A stretch of 64,000 nucleotides of DNA from Verrucomicrobiota bacterium (lineage in GTDB: Bacteria; Verrucomicrobiota; Verrucomicrobiia; Verrucomicrobiales; Akkermansiaceae), in NCBI GenBank assembly GCA_040387215.1, contig JAZKEG010000006.1, positions 132,092 through 196,091 of the forward strand. The letters are read 5' to 3'. Every line of letters starts with the position of its first letter. Position 1 is the first letter of the stretch. Under the pieces are notes generated by a model. The model was not told where the DNA came from, made no database searches, and worked only from the letters and a program-made list of their open reading frames with translations. The position numbers and the translations under genes are program-made. Shown here one piece after another: positions 19,893-29,748 of this stretch.

Positions 19893-20900
19893 TCACTTTG
19901 CTTGGGCTTGATCGCGGCACCTCGTCACTTTCCCCAGTTTCACCATCACCTGCGCCACCACATCGTCCATATCGAGATACTTGTAGGTTGCCAGTCGACC
20001 GAGAAAGGTCACGCCGCGCTCCGCCTTCGCCGCTTCCCAGTATTTCTGAAACAACTCGGTATTTCCGCCAAACGGCTTTGGATAGAAGCGCACGTTCGAG
20101 CCATCCCATTCGCAGGAAAATTCGCGACCTATCACCGTCTTTTCCACCGATTGGTCCAGCCAATGCGAATGATCCACCGCCCGCGTCCATGGGTTCTCGC
20201 GGTTGCACTCATTGATTTGAAAATGCTCGCGCTTCGCCTCCACCGAGTAGGTGAAATCTAACGATCGATATTCTAGCACGCCCAGCGACCTTTTGAAATA
20301 GTCATCGATGGAGCTGGTGAAAACCACATGGTCCGCCGCCTGTCCTCGCCAGGCCTCATCCGCGCAATTCAGATGCACGGGAATGCCTTCCAGCATCGAC
20401 TCGAACAGTCTCGTAAATCCTTCCATCGGCACGCCCTGCCAGCGATCCAAATGGTAGCGACAATCCCTTCCCACCCGCCGCTGCGGCACCCGCGCGGTGA
20501 TGGCGCGTGGGATTTGCTCCCACGGAATGCCCCAATGCTTTTCGCTGTAATCCACAAATAGCAGTTCGCGGATTTCCTCACCGGATAGATCGCCGACGAT
20601 CTCCGCCGAGACATCGTTGAAGGGAATGGGAATCATTCCTCGCGGCGTGTTCGCCATCACGCCAAACGCCGTTTCCCGAAACTTCGAAAATCGATTCACG
20701 AATTCCCACACCTCCGGCTTGTCGGTGTGGAAGCAATGCGGGCCATACTGGTGCACCAGCACGCCATCCTGCCACGCGTCGTAGCAATTTCCTGCGATGT
20801 GCCCGCGCGATTCAAAGATCTCCACCTCGTGGCCGTCGTCCGCTAACAGCCGCGCCGCCACCGCGCCCGCCAGCCCAGCTCCCACCACGACGATTTTCAT
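19893..20900 (-). CDS. glf: UDP-galactopyranose mutase
   Basis: VVGAGLAG FAD motif, HIAGNCYD, HQYGPHCFHT, LEYRSL, FYP, GRLATYKYLDMD. Confidence 0.92.
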   Translation of the reverse strand: MKIVVVGAGLAGAVAARLLADDGHEVEIFESRGHIAGNCYDAWQDGVLVHQYGPHCFHTDKPEVWEFVNRFSKFRETAFGVMANTPRGMIPIPFNDVSAEIVGDLSGEEIRELLFVDYSEKHWGIPWEQIPRAITARVPQRRVGRDCRYHLDRWQGVPMEGFTRLFESMLEGIPVHLNCADEAWRGQAADHVVFTSSIDDYFKRSLGVLEYRSLDFTYSVEAKREHFQINECNRENPWTRAVDHSHWLDQSVEKTVIGREFSCEWDGSNVRFYPKPFGGNTELFQKYWEAAKAERGVTFLGRLATYKYLDMDDVVAQVMVKLGKVTRCRDQAQAK

Positions 20901-21271
20901 GAGACCACTTCCAGTTTTCGAGGGTGTATGGAGTGCCTTCGCGTTGTCACTTTTCGGGGGATCTCAAAACTTGGAGCGTGTGGAAGCTGCGAAAAAGTTG
21001 GGACGGAGTGGATTGTTTTCCATCGGCGGCTGTCCCAAACCTTTGGAGGTAGGTTCAACGACGACAGCAGAAATGAAAGGTGATCTGATGCTGTCGGCAA
21101 GCCTCCCTGCGATCCATTTGCTGCTCATGGATGCCATCCCTGCGAGAATGGGCTTTCTGGGGAACATGGGCGGGCGTTTTGGCCGGGAGGCCAGCGTTCT
21201 TCTTTGCCTCCGCCACGGGGCAGGCAGATGCGATAGTTTTGCGCCTGAATGAACGTCGAGGATGGCCGCCC

Positions 21272-21300
21272 TTGCGTCGCGTCGGGCGAGCGTCTAGGAC
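21272..21300 (+). promoter_or_regulatory. Putative sigma70 promoter of parE
   Basis: TTGCGT-17 nt-TAGGAC, similar to other TTGC..TAG promoters in the window. Confidence 0.45.
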
Positions 21301-21319
21301 TGCCCGAACGAATTTCCCC

Positions 21320-23173
21320 ATGGCCGCAGACTACACCGAAGACGACATCAAATCCCTCGATTGGCGCGAACACATCCGCATGCGCCCCGGCATGTACATC
21401 GGGAAACTCGGCGATGGATCGTCGCCCGACGACGGCATTTACATCCTGCTGAAGGAGGCGGTGGACAACTCGATCGACGAGCACATCATGGGCCACGGCA
21501 AGGAGGTGCGCGTGGAGATCGACGAGGAAGGGCGGGTGGAAGTGCGCGACTTTGGCCGCGGGATTCCGTTGGGAAAACTTTTCGACTGCGCCGCGCAGAT
21601 CAATACCGGCGCGAAGTACGACAGCGAGGCGTTCAAAAAATCCGTCGGCCTCAACGGGGTGGGCATCAAGGCGGTCAACGCGCTTTCCACGTTTTTCGAG
21701 ATCCAAGCCTGGCGCGACGGCGAGACCAAGGCGCTGGAGTTTTCCAAGGGCGAGCTGACGGTGGACATGAAGAATCCACGTCGTGACGACGCGGTGAACG
21801 GCACGCGCCTTGCTTTCGAGCTGGATCGCACGATTTTTCCCGCCAAGGCGAAGTACAAGGACGCCTTCGTCGAGAAGATGTGCCGGTATTATTCCTATCT
21901 AAATCCGGCGCTAACCATCGTTTTCAACGGCAAGAAGTTTCGTTCCAAGGACGGGCTGTTGGATTTGCTTCGCGAGGAAATGGAGAACGAAGCGCTCTAT
22001 CCGCCTATCCATTTGGTCGGCAAGGATATTGAAATTGCCTTCACACACACGCCGGAAAGCGGTGAGGAATACTACACGTTCGTCAACGGCCAGAACACGT
22101 CGCAGGGCGGCACTCACCTCGCGGCATTCCGCGAGGCGCTGGTCACGGTGATACGTGGCTTTTATAAGAAGCAATACGAGCCTTCCGACATCCGCGCGGG
22201 CATTGAGGCGGCGGTCTGTGTTAGAATCATGGAGCCCGTTTTCGAGTCGCAGACGAAGACCAAGCTCGGGTCGGCCGGCATTGCTCCGGATGGCGAGTCG
22301 CTGCGCACGTTCATCGGCAATTTCCTCAAGACCAATCTCGACAACTACCTGCACAAAAATCCGCAGACGGCGGAGGCCATCCAAAAGCGCATCATGGCTG
22401 CCGAGCGCGAGCGCAAGGACCTTAAAGGGATTCAAAAGCTTGCACGAGAACGCTCCAAGCAAGCGAAGGTGCACAACAAAAAGCTGCGCGATTGCCGTGT
22501 CCGATTCGACAGCAAGCACAAGCGTCGCGAGGAATCCACGCTCTTCATCACCGAAGGTGACTCGGCCTCCGGCTCCATCACCAAGAGCCGCGATGTGGAA
22601 ACCCAAGCGGTTTTCTCGCTGCGTGGGAAGCCGCTCAACACCTACGCGTTGCCGCGCAAGATCGTTTATGAAAACGAGGAGTTCGCCCTGCTCCAGGCTG
22701 CACTCAACATCGAGGATGGCATCGATTACCTGAGATATAACAAAGTGGTCATCGCCACCGATGCCGATGTGGACGGCATGCACATCCGTTTGCTGCTGCT
22801 CACTTTCTTCCTGCAGTTTTTCCCGGAGATGATACGCGACGGGCATTTGTACATCCTCCAAACCCCACTCTTCCGCGTCCGCAACAAGAAGGAAACGATC
22901 TACTGCTACGATGACAACGAGCGGCGAAAAGCTCAGGACAAGCTCGGCAAGAATGCCGAGATCACGCGCTTCAAGGGACTCGGCGAAATTTCCCCGGACG
23001 AGTTCAGCTTCATGATAGGCCCGGACATGCGGCTCGACCACGTCGAGTATGAAGAAGGCAAAGGCGTTAAGGAGTTGTTAGCGTTTTACATGGGCAAGAA
23101 CACCCCAAGCCGCCAAGAGTTCATCATCGAAAACCTGCGCGACGACGTCGACAAGCAGGTCCAAGTGGCCTAA
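21320..23173 (+). CDS. parE: DNA topoisomerase IV subunit B
   Basis: [57 protein letters not shown]; start corrected to 21320. Confidence 0.92.
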   Translation: MAADYTEDDIKSLDWREHIRMRPGMYIGKLGDGSSPDDGIYILLKEAVDNSIDEHIMGHGKEVRVEIDEEGRVEVRDFGRGIPLGKLFDCAAQINTGAKYDSEAFKKSVGLNGVGIKAVNALSTFFEIQAWRDGETKALEFSKGELTVDMKNPRRDDAVNGTRLAFELDRTIFPAKAKYKDAFVEKMCRYYSYLNPALTIVFNGKKFRSKDGLLDLLREEMENEALYPPIHLVGKDIEIAFTHTPESGEEYYTFVNGQNTSQGGTHLAAFREALVTVIRGFYKKQYEPSDIRAGIEAAVCVRIMEPVFESQTKTKLGSAGIAPDGESLRTFIGNFLKTNLDNYLHKNPQTAEAIQKRIMAAERERKDLKGIQKLARERSKQAKVHNKKLRDCRVRFDSKHKRREESTLFITEGDSASGSITKSRDVETQAVFSLRGKPLNTYALPRKIVYENEEFALLQAALNIEDGIDYLRYNKVVIATDADVDGMHIRLLLLTFFLQFFPEMIRDGHLYILQTPLFRVRNKKETIYCYDDNERRKAQDKLGKNAEITRFKGLGEISPDEFSFMIGPDMRLDHVEYEEGKGVKELLAFYMGKNTPSRQEFIIENLRDDVDKQVQVA

Positions 23174-23177
23174 TGCC

Positions 23178-23321
23178 TTGGACTGCGTGCAGCCTGCTGC
23201 CGCTTTCAACGGCCAGCCCGCTGGCTGGAGGTGGTGTGGACTTCACGAGTCCGCGATTTTCTTGGAATTCGCCCGCAGCAGGCTGCGGAACCAAAGCGGC
23301 AGCAGGCTGCACGCAGTCCAA
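23178..23321. repeat. REP/REPIN-like palindromic element
   Basis: Perfect 29-bp inverted repeat TTGGACTGCGTGCAGCCTGCTGCCGCTTT / AAAGCGGCAGCAGGCTGCACGCAGTCCAA with two inner hairpins. Confidence 0.8.
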
Positions 23322-23479
23322 AGGGCTGTGACCCGCGATGGTTGAGCATTCTGCATTCATCAACACGAACTCATGCGAATGCCGCGTGTTCTGTTGGGTT
23401 GCGGTTTCTTGCTTACGCCCCGCGGCTGGCGCTGATTTATGGGGTTGTCGCGACTCTTGTGGCGTGGAAAATCCGCGCC

Positions 23480-23773
23480 ATGACCGCCCTTGAACTCGCC
23501 CTTTCCGCCGCAACGGATGCCGTTCCGCCACTTGGCCTAAGCGTGCCAGCGCGTGCCCTTTGGTTGGCCAAAGCCGGTCGCTGGGACGCCGCGCACGACC
23601 TTTGCCAAGAAATCCCGGGAGCCGCCGGGGCTTGGATTCATGCCTTCCTGCATCGTGAGGAAGGCGATCGCGCCAATGCTTCCTACTGGTATTCCTGCGC
23701 CGGAAAACCCACACCGCCGAATGGATTTCCCCTTGAGGATGAGTGGCTTGCCATCGCGCAAGAACTTGCCTGA
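23480..23773 (+). CDS. Conserved hypothetical small helical protein
   Basis: W..AH...Q....GAWIHAFLHREEGD..NA.YWY..AGK motif; start corrected to 23480. Confidence 0.7.
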   Translation: MTALELALSAATDAVPPLGLSVPARALWLAKAGRWDAAHDLCQEIPGAAGAWIHAFLHREEGDRANASYWYSCAGKPTPPNGFPLEDEWLAIAQELA

Positions 23774-23826
23774 TCCATGCAGCTTCATGGCTTCCCCAAC
23801 AAATTTCGACGATCCACAAAAAGGGA

Positions 23827-23855
23827 TTGCCAAGCTGCTGGGCAGTTCCTAGCGT
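23827..23855 (+). promoter_or_regulatory. Sigma70 promoter of tRNA-Ser
   Basis: TTGCCA-17 nt-TAGCGT, 12 nt before the tRNA 5' end. Confidence 0.65.
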
Positions 23856-23867
23856 CCCGCCCTCCAA

Positions 23868-23957
23868 GGGCAGGTGTCAGAGTGGTCGAATGAGCACGCT
23901 TGGAAAGCGTGTGTGCTGGTAACAGTACCGAGGGTTCGAATCCCTCCCTGTCCGCCA
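23868..23957 (+). tRNA. tRNA-Ser (anticodon GGA)
   Basis: Acceptor GGGCAGG/CCTGTCC, anticodon arm CACGC-TTGGAAA-GCGTG, long variable arm, GAGGG-TTCGAAT-CCCTC, discriminator G, encoded CCA. Confidence 0.97.
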
Positions 23958-24144
23958 TTCTTTTCTAGTTTTTTTGAGGCCTCACTTCGTTTCGAGACCT
24001 CGATTTCCATAGCGCGGAGCTATTACGAAATTTTTCGTAGTTCGCGATCCAGCAATAGGTTTTTCACGATACAAACGCTGAGTGAGCTCATGTTCTTAGT
24101 CGGCAATGATGCCGCGTCTGCCGGACCTCGTCATGAGGAAATTG

Positions 24145-24279
24145 AACCGCAGATAAACGTTAAAAACGCAGATGGAAGAAGGGATAAAAGTTTGGATGCT
24201 GGAGTTATCAGTCATCCATTAGCGTGGAAACCTTGCCCTTGCTCTTTCCGATCTGCGTCCACCCGGTTCATCTGTGGTT
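24145..24279. repeat. Imperfect 29-bp inverted-repeat element (CGCAGAT/ATCTGCG family)
   Basis: AACCGCAGATAAACGTTAAAAACGCAGAT (24145-24173) and ATCTGCGTCCACCCGGTTCATCTGTGGTT (24251-24279). Confidence 0.6.
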
Positions 24280-24359
24280 AATTGGATCCACATGGAGATG
24301 TTCTAGCCGCGTCTGCGAGATGCTTTGACAGACTCCCGGCGACTCGATAGGCGATAGAA

Positions 24360-25277
24360 ATGGATCGTAAAAGTGAGCGGATGTGTTGGATCGGAATCGC
24401 CGTGGCCGCCGTGATGGGCGGGGCGTGGGTGGGGAAGTCCGCAGCGGTGGTCGATGGCGCGGCAGGAAATGGGCGAACCGGCAGTGCGGTCGCACGCGAG
24501 CGGAACGGATCAGCGGGAGGGGCGCAGAACGATTCGCGAGCGGCTTCGCGCAAGGATGAGGCGGAGTTGCGCAAGATGGCGAGCCATGCGCTCTCCACGC
24601 CGCGCCGGACGGAGCGCTATCAACGGTTGATGACCCTTCTCGACGACACCACGGCGGACAATTGGAACACGTTGTGGAAGGAATACATCCGCCAGACTTT
24701 GGAAGAAGGCCGTGTCCATGAGACCGAGTGGAGGCTTTTCATGAACCGCGTCGGAGAGGTGGCAGGGCCGGATGCGATGGAATACTTCACGCACCACGGG
24801 CAGGAAAAATACACGTTCAATCGGCGCACCGTGTTAGAAGGCTGGGCGGCGATGGAACCCGAGCACGCATTGGAATGGCTGAAGGCGCAGCCCACCGAAG
24901 CGCAACCGGCCGAGTTTTGGAGCGCGGTGATGGGCGGTGCAACGGCGAAGGACTCACGCCTTGCGATGGACCTCATGGGCGAAATTCCGGGGTCCATCAC
25001 GCCGGTGGTGGTGGCCTCTGCTGTCGATGGGTTGATTCAGACCGAGGGATTGACCCTCACCGCGAAGCTGCTGGAAGAGAAGATCGCGGAGCTTCCGGAA
25101 GGTGCGGCCATGCCCGCGCAGTTGCGGTTTTTCTATGAGGAGTTGAACCGCCGAGTCGCTCGTATGAAATGGCTGGCGGATTCCTATCCGGACATGAATT
25201 CCCGCCAACCCTCGCTGGAGCGGCTGGCTGAACGGTTTGGCGGCGGTGCTCCACCGGAGGAGGCGGAGGGCGAGTGA
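24360..25277 (+). CDS. Hypothetical membrane-anchored helical-repeat protein
   Basis: N-terminal TM, low-complexity linker, GWAAMEPEHALEWL-type repeat. Confidence 0.7.
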   Translation: MDRKSERMCWIGIAVAAVMGGAWVGKSAAVVDGAAGNGRTGSAVARERNGSAGGAQNDSRAASRKDEAELRKMASHALSTPRRTERYQRLMTLLDDTTADNWNTLWKEYIRQTLEEGRVHETEWRLFMNRVGEVAGPDAMEYFTHHGQEKYTFNRRTVLEGWAAMEPEHALEWLKAQPTEAQPAEFWSAVMGGATAKDSRLAMDLMGEIPGSITPVVVASAVDGLIQTEGLTLTAKLLEEKIAELPEGAAMPAQLRFFYEELNRRVARMKWLADSYPDMNSRQPSLERLAERFGGGAPPEEAEGE

Positions 25278-25288
25278 TGCTAGGCTGC

Positions 25289-25371
25289 CTGAAACAAGCC
25301 GCAGCACCTTCTCGCGCCACGGCTATCGGTTCCGAAATGCCTATCGACAGGATGCGGGATATCCGTTAGTC
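25289..25371 (+). mobile_element. Degenerate attC-like site
   Basis: AAC-AAGCCGCAGCACC ... imperfect hairpin ... GGATGCGG-GATATCC-GTTAGTC, just after a stop codon. Confidence 0.35.
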
Positions 25372-25545
25372 AATCCATCCGTGACCTCCACCTCATCCGA
25401 GAATCCCATGAAGCCCAACAATTGCCTCATCTCTTTTCCCCTCGGCGCGTTCGCAACCCACATCGTCAGGTCCCACCTAAGCTAACTTGGAGATTCGAAT
25501 ATTACCGCTGAACTATTTGAACTGTTCGGTTAAGGAATAATATCA

Positions 25546-26058
25546 ATGAGAAAAATATCCTCTCGACCTGAATGTAGGTGGCCAAAAGGTGTCTGCTTGT
25601 TGGCTCTCGCTGTGTTGGCAGCTGGATGCGAAGGGAAAGCGAACCGGGCGAATACTGAGCATGGGGCACAGGCGCAGAGTGCGAGAGTAAGTGCTGCCCA
25701 AGTCAATATGTGGTATCAGACGATTGCAGCCTTGAAGCGTCAGCACTACCAATCGAGATTGGAACTTGATGAGGCTCTGAACGCAGCAATCATTGAGAAC
25801 TACCTTCCTTTGTATTTGCAGCAAACCCGCGAGGGTCAACCCAATAGATTTCACTTGCAGACAGCTAAAGCCGCCTATCACGCCCTATCAGAAGAAAAGC
25901 GCGCGAGCCTTCCCCTAGCCAAAGTCGTCAGTGAGGAGAAATTACAAAGAATAGTTGGAATTCTTAAGTCGTTTGGTTACGTGGAAGGTGACCTTGTCAG
26001 CGCTGAGCGATTTAACGCACTCCGAGGTTCCTATCTCGACACCATAGGTGCTGAATAA
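25546..26058 (+). CDS. Hypothetical lipoprotein (cassette-like)
   Basis: Lipobox LAAGC after a hydrophobic stretch; AAGGA SD; lower GC than flanks. Confidence 0.7.
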   Translation: MRKISSRPECRWPKGVCLLALAVLAAGCEGKANRANTEHGAQAQSARVSAAQVNMWYQTIAALKRQHYQSRLELDEALNAAIIENYLPLYLQQTREGQPNRFHLQTAKAAYHALSEEKRASLPLAKVVSEEKLQRIVGILKSFGYVEGDLVSAERFNALRGSYLDTIGAE

Positions 26059-26268
26059 GTAAACCCTCGAAACACCTGAAGAACAAACCGAACAAGGTGC
26101 ACCACCCAATCCTTCAAGGCATGGGCTTCCGGGGCGGATCAAGCCCTTCAAAGAACGTTTTGTAGAGCAAGAAGTCATATCCGACCGGGAGAACTTCCCG
26201 GATTGAATTCGAGCTTCCATCCACCACGAATGGATTCATATGTTTGGCGTTGAATTTATCACTCACTC

Positions 26269-26733
26269 ATGAAAGACATCCGGACGACTGTCGCAGCTGA
26301 CGTATCAGAAAAAGATAGGCGGTTTGTCCTGCAATCTTTGGTTGCATCCAATGAGACCCGAGCCGTATCAGAAGATTATCGTGACCTCGTCGTATTTTCT
26401 CGTAGCGACGGTGTCATTGTTGGTGGCCTTATCGGATATACCCATTGGAGCTGGCTGTTTATCCAGCAACTTTGGGTTGCTGAAGACCATCGACAGCGCG
26501 GAATTGGTAGCCGTCTGATGGCTGTCGCAGAAAATGAAGCCTTGGCTCGCGGTTGCATCCATGCGCATTGCGACACATTCGATTTTCAAGCGCTCCCATT
26601 TTATCAGAAACTCGGTTACCGCAGTTTTGGCCGCTTGGCCGATTATCCAGTGGGTCATACGAGATATTTTCTTTCAAAGCAAAACCTGAAGGAACCGAAG
26701 GAGGTGAACCCGTTGCTCAAGCCAACGCCGTAA
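26269..26733 (+). CDS. GNAT family N-acetyltransferase
   Basis: LWVAEDHRQRGIGSRLM, DTFDFQALPFYQKLGY. Confidence 0.9.
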   Translation: MKDIRTTVAADVSEKDRRFVLQSLVASNETRAVSEDYRDLVVFSRSDGVIVGGLIGYTHWSWLFIQQLWVAEDHRQRGIGSRLMAVAENEALARGCIHAHCDTFDFQALPFYQKLGYRSFGRLADYPVGHTRYFLSKQNLKEPKEVNPLLKPTP

Positions 26734-26761
26734 ACGGTGTGGCTGACGAAGGACGTTGTCA
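26703..26761 (+). mobile_element. attC-like recombination site
   Basis: GGTGAAC-spacer-TCAAGCCAACGCCG-TAAA-CGGTGTGGCTGA-spacer-GTTGTCA: AAC/GTT ends plus a hairpin with two unpaired bases on one arm; overlaps a stop and lies 10 nt before the next ATG. Confidence 0.6.
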
Positions 26762-26771
26762 AAACACGCAC

Positions 26772-27362
26772 ATGAGCGCTTCTCTACCAGAATTCATCGA
26801 GAGTGATCGCTTGATCATTCGTGTCGCACGCCCTGGGGATGGGGCGGTCTTCAATGCTGCGATTCTCGAATCCCTCGAGACGCTTTCTCCTTGGTTGGGG
26901 TGGGTGACGCCCGCACCCACTTTGGAAGAATCCGAAAGGTCCTGTCGTCGGGCCCATGCTCGATTTTTGCTCAACGAAGATTTGATGGCCTTCTTTTTTC
27001 GAAAATCGGATGGCTCGCTTGTGGGCGGTAGCGGTCTTCATGATGCAGACTGGGACCTTCGCTGCTTTGAGGTCGGATACTGGGGGCATCCCAAGTATTC
27101 CGGGCAAGGGCTGATCACGGAAGGCGTGGTAGCCCTCACCGATCATGCGATGGATTTTCTCAAGGCTTCGAGGGTGTTTCTGACGACGGATGACCTGAAT
27201 GTTGCAAGTTGGAAACTCGCCGAGAGAGCGGGCTTCGAATTGGAGGGAATTCTGCGCAATGATAGAAAAAATCTATCTGGAGATCTTCGCAACAGCCGGG
27301 TTTATTCCCGTGTCCCGGTCATGCCGCCCAGCGCTTGCAATTCCAAGGAGGCGACCCTTTGA
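26772..27362 (+). CDS. RimJ/RimL-type GNAT acetyltransferase
   Basis: IESDRLIIR, FEVGYWG..YSGQGLITE, N.ASWKLAERAGF.LEG; start corrected to 26772. Confidence 0.88.
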   Translation: MSASLPEFIESDRLIIRVARPGDGAVFNAAILESLETLSPWLGWVTPAPTLEESERSCRRAHARFLLNEDLMAFFFRKSDGSLVGGSGLHDADWDLRCFEVGYWGHPKYSGQGLITEGVVALTDHAMDFLKASRVFLTTDDLNVASWKLAERAGFELEGILRNDRKNLSGDLRNSRVYSRVPVMPPSACNSKEATL

Positions 27363-27397
27363 GTTCAATATCCTATCATCCAAACTCGTTTAAAATT

Positions 27398-28114
27398 ATG
27401 CGACTGATCAGCGTGTTCGTTTTTGTAGCTGTCTTTTCCATCGTCCGTGCGGAGGATCTGCGCACCGGAGAGCCGAAGGACTGCTACTTCTATGCTTGGG
27501 GCAAAGGGCCTAACTGGAGTGCGAAGGTGTCGACCGAGTTTCGGCTTTCCCTGCTGAACGAGAAGATGCCCTACGTCGATGATCGGTATTCAGAGCCAAC
27601 GGAGAAGGCGCTCACATGGATCGCACGCCAGAAGCAGCCGACGATCACGACCTTAGCCACGGTCGAAGGTCGCAAGGTCATTCAGGTGGTGTATCCTGAA
27701 GAGGGAAGTTTCGGAAAAACCATTGGGACGATCTTGCTCGCCATTGAGACCGCCCGTGACTCGGAGTGGTTTTCCCCATTTTTTGGGGCTCAGCCTGAGC
27801 TTTATCGGGGGCAGTTTGTGAGTGGTAGAGATGTTGCCCTAGGTTACGTGGCGACTTTGGAGTGGTCTGGAACAGGCTCCTTTCGGACTCATGTTCTATA
27901 TGACCTCCGCAAGGCCCATCCTGTTATTCTGTGCACCTTGAACTCTGGTCGAGTGGCGCGCAATGAGTTCAAGACCGATCAGGAATATGATGAGGCATTG
28001 AAGATTTTTGAGCGTGAGGAAAATCTTCTGGCTGGCCTCCTTCCAGAGCTTAAAGCAACGCCGCAAAGCACGGATAAAATGGATTCATCCGATGGTGATC
28101 ATCCCTCAAAATGA
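27398..28114 (+). CDS. Hypothetical secreted protein (cassette-like)
   Basis: Signal peptide MRLISVFVFVAVFSIVRA; lower GC. Confidence 0.65.
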   Translation: MRLISVFVFVAVFSIVRAEDLRTGEPKDCYFYAWGKGPNWSAKVSTEFRLSLLNEKMPYVDDRYSEPTEKALTWIARQKQPTITTLATVEGRKVIQVVYPEEGSFGKTIGTILLAIETARDSEWFSPFFGAQPELYRGQFVSGRDVALGYVATLEWSGTGSFRTHVLYDLRKAHPVILCTLNSGRVARNEFKTDQEYDEALKIFEREENLLAGLLPELKATPQSTDKMDSSDGDHPSK

Positions 28115-28140
28115 ATTCAAACTGCCGAAGGTTCTCGATC

Positions 28141-28178
28141 AAAAAGAAAACGGGAGCAGAGGATCTTTGCTCCCGTTT
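28141..28178 (-). terminator. Rho-independent terminator of purH (probably bidirectional)
   Basis: AAACGGGAGCAGAG-GAT-CTTTGCTCCCGTTT with an A-tract on the left (U-tract on minus strand). Confidence 0.8.
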
Positions 28179-28206
28179 GGATTTTAAACTGTCGGACTTC
28201 TAAGGA

Positions 28207-29748
28207 TCAATGCCTGAAGTGGCGGTGACCGGTGAAGATCATGGCCATGCCAGCGGCGTCGGCGGCGGCGATGACTTCTTCGTCACGGACCGAGCCGCCC
28301 GGCTGGATGCAGGCGGTGGCTCCGGCGTCGATGGCGGATTGCAGGCCGTCGGCGAAGGGGAACATGGCGTCCGAGGCGACGATGCTGCCGGTGAGGTCGA
28401 GGCCGGCTTCGCGGGCTTTCCAGATGGCGATGCGTGAGGAATCGACGCGGCTCATTTGACCAGCACCGATGCCGAGTGTGCGGTCGGCGCTGGAGTAAAC
28501 GATGGCGTTGGATTTCACGTGTTTCACGATGCGCCAGCCGAAGCGCATGGCGCGCATTTCCGCTTCGGTGGGTGGGCGTTTGGTGACGACTTTGGCTTCC
28601 AGATTGTCGAGGCCGAGTGCGGTGTGATCGCGGTCCATGACCATGAGGCCACCGGGGCAGGAGCGGATGACCGGAGACTTTTTCTCCGCCAGATAGCTGT
28701 CGTTCATTTTCATGAGACGCAGGTTTTTCTTCTTCTGGAGCAGGGCGCGGGCATCGCTCTCGAACTCGGGGGCGATGATGACGTCGGTGAAAATTTCCGA
28801 GATGATGCGGGCGAGTTCCAGCGTGAGCGGGCGGTTCACCACGATGACGCCGCCGAACGGGGCTTGGCGGTCGGTTTCAAACGCTTTCTGCCAAGCGACT
28901 TTCAGGCTTTCGTCGTCCTGACCGACGCCGCACGGGTTGGTGTGCTTGAGGATGGCGACGGTGGGGCGGACGAAATCGAGGATGAGGTCCGACGCGGCCT
29001 CGATGTCGAGGATGTTGGTGTAGCTGAGTTCCTTGCCTTGGACCTGGGTGAAGAACTCGTTGAAGTTGCCGTAGAGCGAGCACTTCTGGTGCGGGTTGTC
29101 GCCGTAGCGGAGTTCCTGTTCGAGCGGCAGGCTGAGGGTGAAATTGCAACCGGTGCCGGTGCGGCATTGGCCGAGGTAGTTGGTGATGGCGGCGTCGTAC
29201 TGCGAGGTGCGCAGGAACACTTTGACCGCAAGCTGTTCGCGGAAACCTTTGGTGGTGTTGCCGTTGTTTTCCTTCATCTCCTCAATCACGCGGGAGTAGT
29301 CGGCAGGATCGACGATGACGGTGACGCTGGAGTGGTTTTTCGCCGCGCTGCGCAGCATGGATGGGCCGCCGATATCGATTTTTTCGATGGCTTCCTCCAG
29401 CGTGACGTCGGGTTTGGCAACGGTTTCCTCGAACGGATAAAGATTCACGACGACGAGGTCGATGGGCGGGATGTCGTTGGCCTTGGCTTGGGCGACGTGT
29501 TCCTTGTCATCGCGGCGATGGAGCAGGCCGCCGTGGACTTTCGGGTGCAGCGTCTTGAGGCGACCGTCGAAAAGTTCAGGCGCGCCGGTGAATTCGGAAA
29601 CGTCGATGACTGGCAGTCCGGCGTCACGCAGCGCGGCGGAGGTGCCGCCGGTGGAAAGCAGTTCCACGCCCATGTCGTGGAGTTCCTTGGCGAAGGCGGC
29701 GAGGCCAGTTTTGTCGGAAACGGAGAGCAGGGCGCGGGTGATGGGCAT
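28207..29748 (-). CDS. purH: Bifunctional AICAR transformylase/IMP cyclohydrolase
   Basis: [65 protein letters not shown]; start corrected to 29748. Confidence 0.97.
   Translation of the reverse strand: MPITRALLSVSDKTGLAAFAKELHDMGVELLSTGGTSAALRDAGLPVIDVSEFTGAPELFDGRLKTLHPKVHGGLLHRRDDKEHVAQAKANDIPPIDLVVVNLYPFEETVAKPDVTLEEAIEKIDIGGPSMLRSAAKNHSSVTVIVDPADYSRVIEEMKENNGNTTKGFREQLAVKVFLRTSQYDAAITNYLGQCRTGTGCNFTLSLPLEQELRYGDNPHQKCSLYGNFNEFFTQVQGKELSYTNILDIEAASDLILDFVRPTVAILKHTNPCGVGQDDESLKVAWQKAFETDRQAPFGGVIVVNRPLTLELARIISEIFTDVIIAPEFESDARALLQKKKNLRLMKMNDSYLAEKKSPVIRSCPGGLMVMDRDHTALGLDNLEAKVVTKRPPTEAEMRAMRFGWRIVKHVKSNAIVYSSADRTLGIGAGQMSRVDSSRIAIWKAREAGLDLTGSIVASDAMFPFADGLQSAIDAGATACIQPGGSVRDEEVIAAADAAGMAMIFTGHRHFRH

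Noticed and set aside
21131-21319. N-terminal extensions given in the ORF track (parE, gcvP, purH, kup, prsK, NUDIX, pseudopilins)
   Set aside because: Longest-ORF artefacts; family-typical N-termini, promoters or stop/start overlaps indicate later starts
23874-24281. 135-aa ORF starting inside the tRNA
   Set aside because: Overlaps a canonical tRNA-Ser and a repeat element; no protein features
25408-25485. Short ORF MKPNNCLISFPLGAF... after the degenerate attC
   Set aside because: Only 25 codons; may be a truncated cassette remnant but cannot be supported as a gene
23958-28140. Prophage/ICE integrated at tRNA-Ser
   Set aside because: No integrase or phage genes, and no duplicated tRNA 3' end seen
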